Source of the DNA: Deinococcus sp.
Lineage (GTDB): Bacteria; Deinococcota; Deinococci; Deinococcales; Deinococcaceae
Assembly (NCBI RefSeq): GCF_965247785.1
Contig: NZ_OZ252036.1
Coordinates: 362,004 to 426,003, forward strand
Direction of reading: 5' to 3'
Length of the DNA stretch: 64,000 nucleotides
Shown here: positions 46,791-57,250 of the stretch, piece by piece
Layout of the letters: every line of letters starts with the position of its first letter
How positions within the stretch are numbered: the first letter of the stretch is position 1
The notes under the pieces: generated by a model
Told to the model about the DNA's origin: nothing
The model's input: only the letters and a program-made list of their open reading frames with translations
The model's database searches: none
Made by a program: the position numbers and the translations under genes

Positions 46791-48061
46791 TCGGGCCAGC
46801 CGAGCCTCAGCAGCCCGTCGGCCAGCCCGCCCCGGTACGGGAAGGTGGTCCTGCCGGCCTTCGCGGCGGCCAGCAGCCGGGTCAGCTCCTCGGTCACGTC
46901 GGCCAGAAAGGGATGCAGGTCGTAGAGCAGGTCGCGGTTCGGCCCGGTCTCCAGCGCGTGCAGCACGCGGCGGAAATGGCGACGCCCGGCCAGCAGCACG
47001 GTTCTCGACGCCTGGTGCCGGGGCTCGTCGGCCACGCGCCGGGCCGCCTCCAGCAGCCGGATGGCCCGTGGCCCGGTCCGGTGCGGCACGTACAGCGTGT
47101 CGGCCACGAAGGCCAGATCCTCGGCGGTCACGGCCAGTTCGGCGGGCTGGTGAGCGGTGAATTCGGGCAGCCAGGCGTTCAGTGCCCGCTCGCCGGACGC
47201 CTCGGCCGTCCAGCCGGGCGAGGCGGCGGCGTAGTCCGCCACGCTGGCGAGGCCCGGAAAGTTCGGCTCCAGCGGCGTGTTGGGATTGCACAGAATCCCG
47301 GAGACCTCTGTGCGCAGCTCCAGCGGCCGGCCCCCGTACGGCCCTAGGTGCAGCCGGCGCGAGGTGTAATCGCTGGCGTAGTAGTTGTCCCACAGCAGCG
47401 GGCGGCGCCGCAGTACCCGCGCCACCTCACGCAGCGATTCGGCACTGATCTGGGGCGACACGACCTGTGGCCCGGTCCAGAACACCTCGATGCGCGGATC
47501 AAGCTGTTCACCGAGGAGCTTCAGGTAGGGTGAGGCCGTCACCGTCGGCACGGCCCGCTCGGCGCAGTATTCGGTCGGGCAGAACAGGAGCGGCCCCCCC
47601 GGACCCTGAGCGTCCAGAAAGCGCTGGACGTGGTGCGTGGCCTGCACCTGCTCTTTCGCCTGTGCGGCGCGGTCTGGTCGGCAGGGAATGTCGTCGAACA
47701 GCAGGGCGAAGTCTCGCACGCCCAGGGCGGTGAGCGAGGCGACCTTGCCCAGCAGCGCTTTCTGGTCGCGCGGCGCCCCCCAGTCGAAGTCCAGACCGGG
47801 AGCCAGCGCGTACACGAAGCGCACGCTGTGTGAGCGGGCGTCCGAGGCGAGCGAGGCCAACACCTCCTGCTCCCGCAGCGGGTAGGGATCACGCCAGCGG
47901 GCACGGTGCCAGAGGTCGTCTTTGGGCGCGTACAGATAGGTGTTCATGCCCCAGGACGCCATCCAGCCGTACAGACGGCGGCGCTGAGCGGGCGTCCAGG
48001 GCCTTCCGTAGAAGCCCTCGATCACGCCCAGGGAGTTCAGGGGTTCATTCACAGTCACCAC
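46787..48061 (-). CDS. GH84-like beta-N-acetylglucosaminidase (O-GlcNAcase-type catalytic domain)
   Basis: GVIEGFYGRPWT, NTYLYAPKDD and the catalytic pair in ALLFDDIP. GTG start sits behind AAAGGAG. The stop TGA lies inside the terminus of repeat F. Confidence 0.8.
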   Translation of the reverse strand: MVTVNEPLNSLGVIEGFYGRPWTPAQRRRLYGWMASWGMNTYLYAPKDDLWHRARWRDPYPLREQEVLASLASDARSHSVRFVYALAPGLDFDWGAPRDQKALLGKVASLTALGVRDFALLFDDIPCRPDRAAQAKEQVQATHHVQRFLDAQGPGGPLLFCPTEYCAERAVPTVTASPYLKLLGEQLDPRIEVFWTGPQVVSPQISAESLREVARVLRRRPLLWDNYYASDYTSRRLHLGPYGGRPLELRTEVSGILCNPNTPLEPNFPGLASVADYAAASPGWTAEASGERALNAWLPEFTAHQPAELAVTAEDLAFVADTLYVPHRTGPRAIRLLEAARRVADEPRHQASRTVLLAGRRHFRRVLHALETGPNRDLLYDLHPFLADVTEELTRLLAAAKAGRTTFPYRGGLADGLLRLGWPE

Positions 48062-48215
48062 GCACGCTCCTTTCTGAAGTGGCCCCGACAAAGACTGGAG
48101 CCTGGTGGGAAGAGAAGTTCGGGCGGGCAGCGCTTCCCGGTCAATGGACGCGGGCACACCGCTGGAGGCTTGACTTTTCCCTGACGGAGACCTAATCTCT
48201 GGTTCAAGATTACAG

Positions 48216-48230
48216 ATGTAAACGTTACAT
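48216..48230. promoter_or_regulatory. Candidate LacI-family operator (ATGTAAACGTTACAT)
   Basis: A near-perfect 15-bp palindrome with a central CG, located in the divergent GH84-like/LacI intergenic region. Typical of LacI/GalR-type operators. Confidence 0.5.
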
Positions 48231-48311
48231 TCAAGTCGCCCGTCCCTGAGAAGGGTGAGCGGTCTGAATGGTGTCGGCTTGACCCGGTGCGGGTGAGGGA
48301 GACGGCGGAAG

Positions 48312-49358
48312 ATGACTGAAGTAGCCGAAAATGCCAAACGGCGAAGCCGGAACGGAAGCATCCGTGACGTGGCGCGGCAGGCCGGGGTGTCGATCGCCAC
48401 CGTCTCACGGGTTTTCAACGACGCCAGTGTGGTGAGTCCGGACACCCGGGCACGGATCATCGACGCGGCGGTGAGCCTGAGCTACGAGCCGAGTTCGCTG
48501 GGCCGCAATCTGGTTCGCGGGCGCAGCTACCTCGTCGGCCTGATCGTGCCCAACATCTCGGTGCCGCTCTACGGCACCATGCTGCACGGCATCGAAGACG
48601 TGCTGGCCCGGCACAAGATGAGCGCCCTGCTGGGCTCCAGCCTCGATCACCCCGGCACCGAGACCTTGGTGGCCCAGGGCCTGCTGGGGCACTCGGTCGA
48701 TGCGGGCATCGTCATCAATTCGCAGGTCGGAGCGGCGCTGCCGGTCCAGCGCATGCTGGACTGGGTGCATATCTCGCCCGAGATTCCCGGGCTGCCCTAC
48801 CGGGTCGAACTCGACAACGAGGAGGGCGGACGGCTGGCGGCCCGCGAACTGCTGACCCTGGGCCGCCGGTTCTTCGGCTACGTCGGGGCGGCGGGCCGGG
48901 AGAGCGCCGAGCGCGAACGCGGCTTCGCCGAGGTGCTGGCCGAAGCCGGCCTGGACTACCGCCGGGAGAGCGGCGACTATTCCGAGGCGTCCGGCCTGGA
49001 AGCGGGGCTGCGACTGCTCGGGGGCCCGCTCGACGCGGTCTTCGTGGCCGGTGACCTGATGGCCGCCGGGGTGCTGCGCGCGCTTCACCACTCGCATCTG
49101 AAGGTGCCCTCGCAGGTGGCGGTCATGGGATTCGACGACAGCCTGATCGCGCCGCTGTTGTACCCGCGCCTGAGCAGTGTGCGTCAACCCGCCTACGAGA
49201 TGGGCGCGGCGGCGGCCCAGATGGCCCTCGACCTGATTGGCCGCAGGCCGGTGGCGCCGAAAACTTTCGTTCCGCAGATCGTCCGGCGCGAATCGACCTC
49301 GCCGGCGTCTGTAGCGTCCAGTGCTTCATCGTCCAGCCCTTCATCGTCCAGTGCCTAG
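48312..49358 (+). CDS. LacI-family transcriptional regulator
   Basis: IRDVARQAGVSIATVSRVFN is the HTH and VMGFDDSLIA is a C-domain motif. The Ser-rich tail is produced by a 15-bp tandem repeat at 49319-49355. Confidence 0.9.
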   Translation: MTEVAENAKRRSRNGSIRDVARQAGVSIATVSRVFNDASVVSPDTRARIIDAAVSLSYEPSSLGRNLVRGRSYLVGLIVPNISVPLYGTMLHGIEDVLARHKMSALLGSSLDHPGTETLVAQGLLGHSVDAGIVINSQVGAALPVQRMLDWVHISPEIPGLPYRVELDNEEGGRLAARELLTLGRRFFGYVGAAGRESAERERGFAEVLAEAGLDYRRESGDYSEASGLEAGLRLLGGPLDAVFVAGDLMAAGVLRALHHSHLKVPSQVAVMGFDDSLIAPLLYPRLSSVRQPAYEMGAAAAQMALDLIGRRPVAPKTFVPQIVRRESTSPASVASSASSSSPSSSSA

Positions 49359-49455
49359 AACCTCCCCCAGGCGAAACTCAACGCCCCGCTCTCATGTCCG
49401 TGCCGCGTCCGGTGGTGTGCCCCCCCCAAGTTGCTCTGAGGTTCAGGGAGAAGTC

Positions 49456-51087
49456 ATGAAATCTAAGGTTTACATGCTGACGATGGTTCTGCTGGCGAGC
49501 GCTTCGGTGGCCCTGGCCCAGGAGCCCAAGACCACCTTCACGGTGGTACGGAGCGACCAGTGGGGCGCGCAGAACCTCAACCCTTTCTCGCCCGGCAGCC
49601 AGCACCTGCTGCCCACCAACTCGGCGATCTACGAGACGCTGTTCTTCGTGAACTCGCTGAACGGCAAGGTGACCCCGGTGCTCGGCACCCAGTACGCCTG
49701 GAGCAAGGACAGCAGGACCCTGACCGTCACCACCCGCAGCGGGGTGAAGTGGACCGACGGGCAGGCGTTCAATGCGTCTGACGCGGCCTTCACCTTCAAC
49801 TACCTGAAGCAGTATCCGGCGCTCGACACCTCCGGCCTGTGGAAGAGCGGCCTGACGAGCGTGACGGCACCGAACCCGACCACGCTGGTGTTCAGCTTCA
49901 GCGCGCCCAATACCCCGGTGTTCGCGTACATTTCCAACACCCCGATCGTGCCTGAGCACCTCTGGAAGGCCGTCAAGGACCCGGCCACCTACACCAACGC
50001 CAAGCCGGTCGCCACCGGACCCTTTATCTTCGATTCCTCAAGCCAGCAGGCGATCCGGGTGCTCAAGAATCCCAACTACTGGATGAAGGGCCAGCCCTAT
50101 GTGGACGCGGTGGTGTGGGTGAGTACCAGCAGCAACGACGCGGCCCTGCTGAAACTGCTGAGCGGCGACGTGGACTACGGCTACGTGGGCATCTCCGACC
50201 CCAAGGGCTACGCCGCCAAGGGGCCGAACAACACCTACTGGTGGCCGACCAACAACATCAATTTCCTGTACTTCAACACCGTCAAGGCGCCCTTCAACGA
50301 CGCTTCCTTCCGCCGCGCGGTGGCCCAGGCGATCAACACCAAGGACGTGGCCCTGAAAGCCTACGCGGGCGCGGTGCCCGCCGCCAGCCCCAGTTCGGTG
50401 TTCCCCACCCAGCAGGCCGACTGGCTGCCCACGAGCGCCAAGGCGACGCTGCCGAGCTTCGACCCGGCTGCCGCCGACGCCGCCCTGACCGCCGCCGGGT
50501 ACAAGAAAGACGCCTCCGGCAACCGGCTGGGCAAGGACGGCAAGGCGCTGCCCAGCTACAAGATTCTGGTGGGCGCGGGCTGGACCGACTTCATCACCAT
50601 GGCGCAGGTGGTCGGTGACAACCTCAAGAAGGTGGGCATCAACACCCAAATAGACCAGCAGGCCTGGGGCAGCTACTCCGGCGGCCTTCAGACCGGCAGC
50701 TACGACATGGGGATCAGCTGGGGCTGGGGCAACGGCTCGAACCCCTACTACACCTTCAACGCGGCCTTCAGCCCGGACTTCAGCGCGGCGGTGGGCAAGA
50801 CCGCGCCGAGCAACCTCTCTCGCTACACCAATCCTGCGATCACGGCGGCCCTCAAGACTTTCAGCTCGACCAGCGACGCCGGTGCCCAGAAAAAGGCCAT
50901 GTCCACCATCGTGACGACCGTGCTCAAGGACATGCCCTGGGTGCCGCTGACCGACCGCGTGCAGTTCGCGCTGTTTAACACCAGCCGCTTCACCGGCTTC
51001 CCCAGCGCCCAGAACCCCTACAACGACGCCTCGCCCGACGACACCGCCGGCGCGCGCCTGATGTACCTGAACGTCAAGCCGAAGTAA
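49456..51087 (+). CDS. ABC transporter substrate-binding protein, family 5 (Opp/Dpp type)
   Basis: Signal peptide MKSKVYMLTMVLLASASVALAQ. 543 aa with family-5 SBP architecture (..LTVTTRSGVKWTDGQAFNASD..). Confidence 0.85.
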   Translation: MKSKVYMLTMVLLASASVALAQEPKTTFTVVRSDQWGAQNLNPFSPGSQHLLPTNSAIYETLFFVNSLNGKVTPVLGTQYAWSKDSRTLTVTTRSGVKWTDGQAFNASDAAFTFNYLKQYPALDTSGLWKSGLTSVTAPNPTTLVFSFSAPNTPVFAYISNTPIVPEHLWKAVKDPATYTNAKPVATGPFIFDSSSQQAIRVLKNPNYWMKGQPYVDAVVWVSTSSNDAALLKLLSGDVDYGYVGISDPKGYAAKGPNNTYWWPTNNINFLYFNTVKAPFNDASFRRAVAQAINTKDVALKAYAGAVPAASPSSVFPTQQADWLPTSAKATLPSFDPAAADAALTAAGYKKDASGNRLGKDGKALPSYKILVGAGWTDFITMAQVVGDNLKKVGINTQIDQQAWGSYSGGLQTGSYDMGISWGWGNGSNPYYTFNAAFSPDFSAAVGKTAPSNLSRYTNPAITAALKTFSSTSDAGAQKKAMSTIVTTVLKDMPWVPLTDRVQFALFNTSRFTGFPSAQNPYNDASPDDTAGARLMYLNVKPK

Positions 51088-51183
51088 AGGCGGCAGACCT
51101 GACCGGGGAAGGCGGGCCGAGCTTCAGCCTCCTCCCCGGTACTGCTCCTGTCATTGTCCTCATCGCGGTCCAGGGAGGTGAAC

Positions 51184-52170
51184 GTGCCGTACCTGCTCAG
51201 AAAGGTGGCGATCCTGCTGTTCACGCTGTGGGTGGCCGCCACACTGAATTTCGTGCTGCCCAGATTGGTGCCGGGCGACCCGGTGAGCGTGATGCTCGCC
51301 AAGTACCAGGGCCGCCTCGACCCCTCGGCGGTGGACGCCCTCAAGATCGCTTACGGCCTGAACGACCTCGGCAGCCCGGTGGCGCAGTATTTCAGCTACC
51401 TGGGCCGGTTGCTGCACGGCGACTTCGGGCGCTCGATCAGCCTGTTTCCCACCCCGGTGCTCGACGTGATCGGCTCGGCGCTGCCGTACACGCTGGGGCT
51501 GGTGGGCCTCACCACCGTGCTGTCGTTCCTGCTGGGGAGCGCGCTGGGGCTGTACAGCGGCTGGCGGCGCGGGCAGGCCGGGGCCGACGCCCTGACGCCG
51601 GTCTCGCTGTTCCTGAACAGCATGCCGTACTTCTGGTTCGCGCTGCTGACGCTGTATATCTTCGCCTTCGAGCTGAAGTGGTTTCCGCTCAGCGGCGCGC
51701 TCGATCCGTTTCCGGGGGCCGCCTTCAGCGCCGGCTGGTGGTCGTCGCTGCTGCGGCACGCCGTGCTGCCCGCCTTTACCATCCTGGTCACCTCGGTGGG
51801 CGGCTGGCTGATCACCATGCGGAACAACGTGGTGAGCGTGGCCAGCGAGGACTACCTGGCCTTCGCCCGCGCCAAGGGCCTGACCGAGCGCCGGATCGTC
51901 AGCCGGTATGTACTGCGAAACGCGCTGCTGCCCAGCTTCACCAGTTTCGGCATGGCGCTGGGCTTCGTGATCGGCGGCTCGATCCTGACCGAGATCGTGT
52001 TCTCGTATCCGGGGCTGGGCTTCTACCTGTTTCAGTCGGTGGTGGGCCTCGATTACCCGCTGATGCAGGCGATCTTCTTCTTCATCGCGCTGACGGTGCT
52101 GCTCGCCAACTTCGCGGTGGACCTGCTGAACGTGCTCCTCGACCCACGTATCCGTGAGGGCCGGGCGTGA
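51184..52170 (+). CDS. ABC transporter permease (DppB/OppB type)
   Basis: N-terminal YLLRKVAILLFTLWVAATLNFVLPRLVPGDP and the EAA loop YLAFARAKGLTERRIVSRYVLRNALLP. GTG at 51184 sits behind GGAGG. Confidence 0.85.
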   Translation: MPYLLRKVAILLFTLWVAATLNFVLPRLVPGDPVSVMLAKYQGRLDPSAVDALKIAYGLNDLGSPVAQYFSYLGRLLHGDFGRSISLFPTPVLDVIGSALPYTLGLVGLTTVLSFLLGSALGLYSGWRRGQAGADALTPVSLFLNSMPYFWFALLTLYIFAFELKWFPLSGALDPFPGAAFSAGWWSSLLRHAVLPAFTILVTSVGGWLITMRNNVVSVASEDYLAFARAKGLTERRIVSRYVLRNALLPSFTSFGMALGFVIGGSILTEIVFSYPGLGFYLFQSVVGLDYPLMQAIFFFIALTVLLANFAVDLLNVLLDPRIREGRA

Positions 52171-54098
52171 ACGGCCTGAACCTGAGTGGCCTGCGGCGGC
52201 TGTTCGGCCAGCCGCGCACCGTCGTCGGCGCGGGCATCCTGCTGGTGCTGCTGCTGATGGGGCTGCTGGCCCCGGTCATCACGAGGTACAACCCGTCGTC
52301 GCTGGAGTTTGGGGCCTTCATGCCGCTGTCGGCCCAGCACCTCCTGGGCACCACCGCCATCGGGCAGGACATCTTCGCGCAGCTGCTGTACGGCGCGCGC
52401 CTCACCCTCCTGGTCGGGGCGGTGGCCGGGCTGATCGCCACCGCGCTGAGCGTGGCGCTGGGCCTGAGCGCCGCGTACCTGGGCGGCTGGGTCGATGAGG
52501 TGATCAATGCGCTGATCAACGTCTTTCTGGTGCTGCCGGGGCTGCCGCTCGTCATCATCGCCTCGGCCTTCCTGCGCGGCGGGGGCGTGTGGCCGGTGAT
52601 CGTGGTGATCAGCTTCACCGGCTGGGCCTGGGGCGCGCGGGTGCTGCGGAGTCAGGCGCTGGCGCTGCGCGAGCGAGACTTCGTGCAGGCGGCGGTGGCG
52701 TCCGGCGAGGGGCCGGGGCGCGTGATCTTCATGGAGATTTTGCCGAACATGACCGGGCTGATCGCCGCCAACTTCTTCGGGGCCGCCCTCTACGCCGTTC
52801 TCAGCGAGGCGGGCCTGTCGTTTATCGGGGTGGGCGACGTGTCGCTCGTCACCTGGGGCACCATGCTGTACTGGGCGCAGGCGAAAGGCGCGCTGCTCCA
52901 GGGCGCGTGGTGGTGGGTGGCCGCGCCGGGCCTGGGCATCGCTCTCCTGGGCACCTCGTTCGCGCTGCTCAACTTCGCCATCGACGAACTGGGCAACCCC
53001 CGGCTGCGCGGCACGGGCACGCCGCGCGGCCGGCGTCCGGTCTCCAGCCCGCCCGCGCCGAGTGACGCGCTGCTCTCGGTGCAGCACTTGGACGTGGGGT
53101 ACGTGACGCGGGGAGGAACCGTGCGGGCGGTACGGGACGTGTCGCTCGACGTGGCCCCCGGCGAATTTTTAGGGCTGGCGGGCGAGTCGGGCTGCGGCAA
53201 GAGCACGCTGGCGTTCGCCGCCACCCGGATGCTGACACCGCCCGGCGCGGTGCTGGGCGGCGCGGTGGCACTTTCGGGGCGCGACCTGCTCGCCCTCTCC
53301 CCGGAAGCGCTGCGGCAGGTGCGCTGGAAGGAATTCAGCCTGGTCTTCCAGGCCAGCATGAACGTGCTCAACCCGGTGCTGAAGGTGCGCGAGCAGGTCT
53401 ACGACGCGATGCAGGCGCACGGCGTCACCGACAAGGCCAGGTTGGGCGCCCGCGCCCGAGAGCTGTTCCGGCTCGTTGGCATCCGCGAAGACTACCTCGA
53501 CGCGTACCCGCACCAGCTCTCCGGCGGCATGAAGCAGCGGGTGGTGATCGCCATCGCACTCGCGCTGGAGCCGAAGCTGATCGTGATGGACGAGCCGACC
53601 ACGGCTCTGGACGTGGTGGTGCAGCGGCAGATCTTGCAGGAGATCGGCGAGGTGCGCCGCCGCCTGGGCATCAGTATCGTCTTCATCACCCACGACCTGT
53701 CTCTGCTGGTCGAGATGAGCGACCGGGTGGCGATCATGTACGCCGGCGAGGTGGTCGAGCAGGCCCCGGCGCACGAGCTGTACGCCCGCCCGGCTCACCC
53801 CTACACCCAGCAACTGATGGACGCCTTCCCGCCGATGACCGGAGCCAGAGCGCGGCGCAGCGGGATTCCGGGTCGGCCCCCGGCCCTGAGCGAGACCCTC
53901 ACCGGCTGCCCGTTCTTCGAGCGCTGCACCCAGCACCTGCCGGGGGTGTGCGATGTGAAGCCGCTTCAGACCTTCACCGTGGGCGAGGCGCACTCGGTCG
54001 CCTGTTTCCTCTACGACCCGGCGGTTTCCGACGCCAGGACGCCCGCCCCCGAGGAGGTGAGCCGTGAGTCTGCCCTCCCCTTCCCCCAGGCCAACTGA
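52167..54098 (+). CDS. Fused ABC permease (DppC/OppC type) and ATP-binding domain (DppD/OppD type)
   Basis: One uninterrupted 643-aa frame. The N-terminal half has six TM segments and the EAA loop (RERDFVQAAVASGEGPGRVIFMEILPN). The C-terminal half has Walker A GESGCGKST, the LSGGMKQR signature and Walker B LIVMDEPTTALD. GTGA overlap with the upstream permease. Confidence 0.85.
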   Translation: MNGLNLSGLRRLFGQPRTVVGAGILLVLLLMGLLAPVITRYNPSSLEFGAFMPLSAQHLLGTTAIGQDIFAQLLYGARLTLLVGAVAGLIATALSVALGLSAAYLGGWVDEVINALINVFLVLPGLPLVIIASAFLRGGGVWPVIVVISFTGWAWGARVLRSQALALRERDFVQAAVASGEGPGRVIFMEILPNMTGLIAANFFGAALYAVLSEAGLSFIGVGDVSLVTWGTMLYWAQAKGALLQGAWWWVAAPGLGIALLGTSFALLNFAIDELGNPRLRGTGTPRGRRPVSSPPAPSDALLSVQHLDVGYVTRGGTVRAVRDVSLDVAPGEFLGLAGESGCGKSTLAFAATRMLTPPGAVLGGAVALSGRDLLALSPEALRQVRWKEFSLVFQASMNVLNPVLKVREQVYDAMQAHGVTDKARLGARARELFRLVGIREDYLDAYPHQLSGGMKQRVVIAIALALEPKLIVMDEPTTALDVVVQRQILQEIGEVRRRLGISIVFITHDLSLLVEMSDRVAIMYAGEVVEQAPAHELYARPAHPYTQQLMDAFPPMTGARARRSGIPGRPPALSETLTGCPFFERCTQHLPGVCDVKPLQTFTVGEAHSVACFLYDPAVSDARTPAPEEVSRESALPFPQAN

Positions 54099-55104
54099 AG
54101 CCCGGATCAACACCCTGGAGGTGCTGAACCTCCGCAAGGTCTTCGGGGCCAGGGGCCGCGCCGGGGTGGTGGCGGTCAACGGCGTGACCTTCAGCATCCG
54201 GCGCGGCGAGGTGCTGGGGCTGGTGGGCGAGTCGGGGTCGGGCAAGAGCACCATCGCCCGGCTGATCGCGCGGCTGTACCAGCCCAGCTCCGGCGAGATC
54301 CGGCTGAACGGGCAGGAGGTGCCGCTGCGGCTGGGCGGCGCGGCCCTGCGGCAGTTTCGCAAGCACGTCCAGATGATCTTTCAGGACCCCTACGCCAGCC
54401 TCAACCCGCTGCATCCGGTGGGCTACACGCTCTCGCGGCCCCTGAAGATTCACCGGCTGGCGAAGGGCGACGGCGCGGCCCAGGTGCAGGCGCTGCTGGA
54501 ACGCGTCGGTCTGTTTCCGGCGGCCACCTACGCGGCCAAGCGCCCGTTCGAGCTGTCGGGCGGGCAGCGGCAGCGGGTCGGCATCGCCCGCGCCCTGGCA
54601 GCGGGGCCGGAGCTGATCCTGGCCGATGAACCGACCTCGGCGCTCGACGTCAGCATCCGGCTGGACGTGATGAACCTGCTGCTCGACCTCAAGGACCAGG
54701 AGGGGCTGAGCATGCTGTTCATCACCCACGATCTGGCGGGCGCGCGTTACATGAGCGACCGGGTGGCGGTGCTGTACGCCGGAACGCTGGTGGAGCTCGG
54801 CCCCGCCGAGACGGTGATCGACGCGCCGCAGCACCCCTACACCCAGCTTCTGAAAAGCGCCGCCCCCAAGCCTGACGCGGGCCTGACGCCCGACCACATC
54901 GAGGCGCGCGGCGAGGTGCCCGACCTAAAGGCGCTGCCGCCCGGCTGCCCCTTCGAGCCGCGCTGCCCGTACGCCATGCCGGAGTGCCGGGAGGGCCTGC
55001 CCAGAATGTACGACGTGGGCGAAGGCCACCAGGCGCGCTGTCTGCTGCACGATCCGGGCGTGACGCCGAGGCGGGCGGAGACGGGGGCCGGACTCATGCG
55101 CTGA
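54064..55104 (+). CDS. ABC transporter ATP-binding protein (DppF/OppF type)
   Basis: [33 protein letters not shown] and a C-terminal oligopeptide-type extension with CPF..RCP. GTG sits behind GAGGAGG. Confidence 0.9.
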   Translation: MSLPSPSPRPTEARINTLEVLNLRKVFGARGRAGVVAVNGVTFSIRRGEVLGLVGESGSGKSTIARLIARLYQPSSGEIRLNGQEVPLRLGGAALRQFRKHVQMIFQDPYASLNPLHPVGYTLSRPLKIHRLAKGDGAAQVQALLERVGLFPAATYAAKRPFELSGGQRQRVGIARALAAGPELILADEPTSALDVSIRLDVMNLLLDLKDQEGLSMLFITHDLAGARYMSDRVAVLYAGTLVELGPAETVIDAPQHPYTQLLKSAAPKPDAGLTPDHIEARGEVPDLKALPPGCPFEPRCPYAMPECREGLPRMYDVGEGHQARCLLHDPGVTPRRAETGAGLMR

Positions 55105-55187
55105 GCCACACCTGCCCTGATGCACTTCTGCATTGGGGCGCTCCACTCCACCCGGTCCTCTCCTCCCCTCTCTCAAAGGAACCCGTT

Positions 55188-56483
55188 ATGGCATCCGTCA
55201 AACTCGCCTACATCGGCGGCGGCAGCACCCGCGCGCCCGGCACCCTCGCCTCGTTCATCCGGCAGGCCCAGAATTTCAGCGGCTCTGAGATCGTACTGCA
55301 AGACCTCGATCAGGAGCGGCTGGACCTGGTGCGCCGCCTCGCCAGCAGGATGGCCGCAGCGCAGGGGGCCGACCTGAAGATCACCGTCACCACTGACCGC
55401 AGAGAAGCCCTGGAAGGCTGCGACGGGGTGCTGTCGAGCTATCGCCCCGGCGGCTTCGAGGCCCGCGCCCAGGATGAACGCATTCCGCTCAGCCACGGGG
55501 CGATCGGGCAGGAGACCCAGGGGGCGGGCGGTTTCTTCATGGCGCTGCGGGCCATCACGGTGGCAAAAGGACTGGTGGCCGACATGGAGGCGGTCTGCCC
55601 CCAGGCGACCCTGTTCAACTACACCAACCCCGTCAATGTGGTGGCGCAGGCGATCAGCGATCATTCGCCCATCAAGGTGGTGTCACTGTGCGAGGGGCCG
55701 ATCGTGTTCCCGCGCGAGATCGCCGAACTCGCGGGCCTCGACCCCGGCAGGGTGCGGGCGGTGATGCTCGGCCTGAACCACGCCTGCTGGAGCGCGGCTG
55801 AGGACGGCGGGGCGCAGTACGGCGGCCAGCCGATGATTCCTGTACTGGCGCAGAAACTCCAGGAAGGGATTGAGGACGACTGGGCGCGGCGCTGGATCAA
55901 TCTGGCGGTGGGGATGAACAGCCTGCCGGCGTCGTACATGAAGTATTACTACTTCGAGCGCGAGATGTTGCGGGAGCTGCAAGACAAGCCCACCACCCGC
56001 GCCCAGGACATCCTCAAAGACGTTCCCGATTACTGGAAGCACTACCACGAGCAGGTGGACGCCCCCTTCCCCACCCTCGACCCGGCGCTGTCGCGCGGCG
56101 GCATCTTCGAGCTGGAGGTGGCGGTGGACGTGATGGACGCGGTGTTCAACGACAAAGGTGAGGTGTGGCCGACCAATGTCCGCAATGGGGGCGCGATCGC
56201 CGACTTCCCGGACAGCTTGGTGGTGGAGGTGCCGTGTCTTGTCGGCGCTCAGGGGATGCGGCCCCTGTCCGGCTACCGGGTGCCGCCGCCAGTGCGCGGG
56301 CTGCTCTCGGCGCTGGGCGAGTACCAGCAGCTGACCGCCGACGCCGCCTGGGACGGCAGCCGTGAGCAGGCGATGCGGGCGCTGGTGAGCAACCCGCTGG
56401 TGCGCTCGCTCAGATTGGCCGAAACGCTCTACGACGAGCTGGCCGCCGCCCACCGGAATCACCTGCCGGAGAGGCTGTGGTGA
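55188..56483 (+). CDS. Glycoside hydrolase family 4 (NAD+/Mn2+-dependent glycosidase)
   Basis: KLAYIGGGSTRAPG is the Rossmann motif. Also ..ETQGAGGFFMALR.., NYTNPV and SLCEGP..GLNHA, which are GH4 conserved blocks. Confidence 0.85.
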   Translation: MASVKLAYIGGGSTRAPGTLASFIRQAQNFSGSEIVLQDLDQERLDLVRRLASRMAAAQGADLKITVTTDRREALEGCDGVLSSYRPGGFEARAQDERIPLSHGAIGQETQGAGGFFMALRAITVAKGLVADMEAVCPQATLFNYTNPVNVVAQAISDHSPIKVVSLCEGPIVFPREIAELAGLDPGRVRAVMLGLNHACWSAAEDGGAQYGGQPMIPVLAQKLQEGIEDDWARRWINLAVGMNSLPASYMKYYYFEREMLRELQDKPTTRAQDILKDVPDYWKHYHEQVDAPFPTLDPALSRGGIFELEVAVDVMDAVFNDKGEVWPTNVRNGGAIADFPDSLVVEVPCLVGAQGMRPLSGYRVPPPVRGLLSALGEYQQLTADAAWDGSREQAMRALVSNPLVRSLRLAETLYDELAAAHRNHLPERLW

Positions 56484-57250
56484 GGCCGGGGCTGACGCTG
56501 CGGGCCGTTCCCGACCCGCAGGCGCTGGCAATGCTGGCCGCCGACCTGATCGCCGCGCAGGTGCGGGCGAAGCCGGAACTCACGATGCTGGTCGCCACCG
56601 GCTCGACCCCGATGCCCACCTACGCCGAGCTGGGCAATCGGGTACAGGCGGGCACGCTCGACCTGAGCCGGGTCACGGTGGTGGGGCTCGACGAGTACCT
56701 GGGGCTGGAGCCGGACGACCCCCGCAGCCTCTGGGACTGGACGCTCCGCAGCGTGATCGGACCACTGAGGATACGGCGGAGCGTCCGTTTCGGGGCCAGC
56801 GGCGACCCAGGGCGGGCCTGCGCCGAGTACGACGCGCAGATCGCGGCCCTGGGCGGCATCGACCTGGCGATCCTGGGGCTGGGGCCGAACGGCCACCTCG
56901 GCTTCAACGAGCCGCCGAGCGCGGCAGACGCTCCCACGCGGGTGGCCGACCTGACCCCGGAATCCCTGGTGAGCAACCGCGCCTACTGGGGCCAGGACGT
57001 GCCCCGCCGGGCATTGACGGCGGGCATGACGGTGATCCTGGCGGCCCGCTGCGCGCTGCTGCTGGTGAGCGGGGAGCACAAACGCGGCATCCTGCACAGG
57101 GTGCTGGAGGGGCCACCGACGCCCGAGGTCCCCGCCTCGCTGCTGGGCGGGCCAGGGGTGAGCGTGCTGGCCGACCGCGCGGCGCTGGGGCCGGAAGACG
57201 CCCAGCCGGTCTCTGCGCGACTCGACTCCGGGCCGGACGGGGCTTCATGA
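56477..57250 (+). CDS. nagB: Glucosamine-6-phosphate deaminase
   Basis: LVATGSTP, VVGLDEYLGL and LGLGPNGHLGFNEP are NagB motifs. The start overlaps the GH4 stop. Confidence 0.9.
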   Translation: MVRPGLTLRAVPDPQALAMLAADLIAAQVRAKPELTMLVATGSTPMPTYAELGNRVQAGTLDLSRVTVVGLDEYLGLEPDDPRSLWDWTLRSVIGPLRIRRSVRFGASGDPGRACAEYDAQIAALGGIDLAILGLGPNGHLGFNEPPSAADAPTRVADLTPESLVSNRAYWGQDVPRRALTAGMTVILAARCALLLVSGEHKRGILHRVLEGPPTPEVPASLLGGPGVSVLADRAALGPEDAQPVSARLDSGPDGAS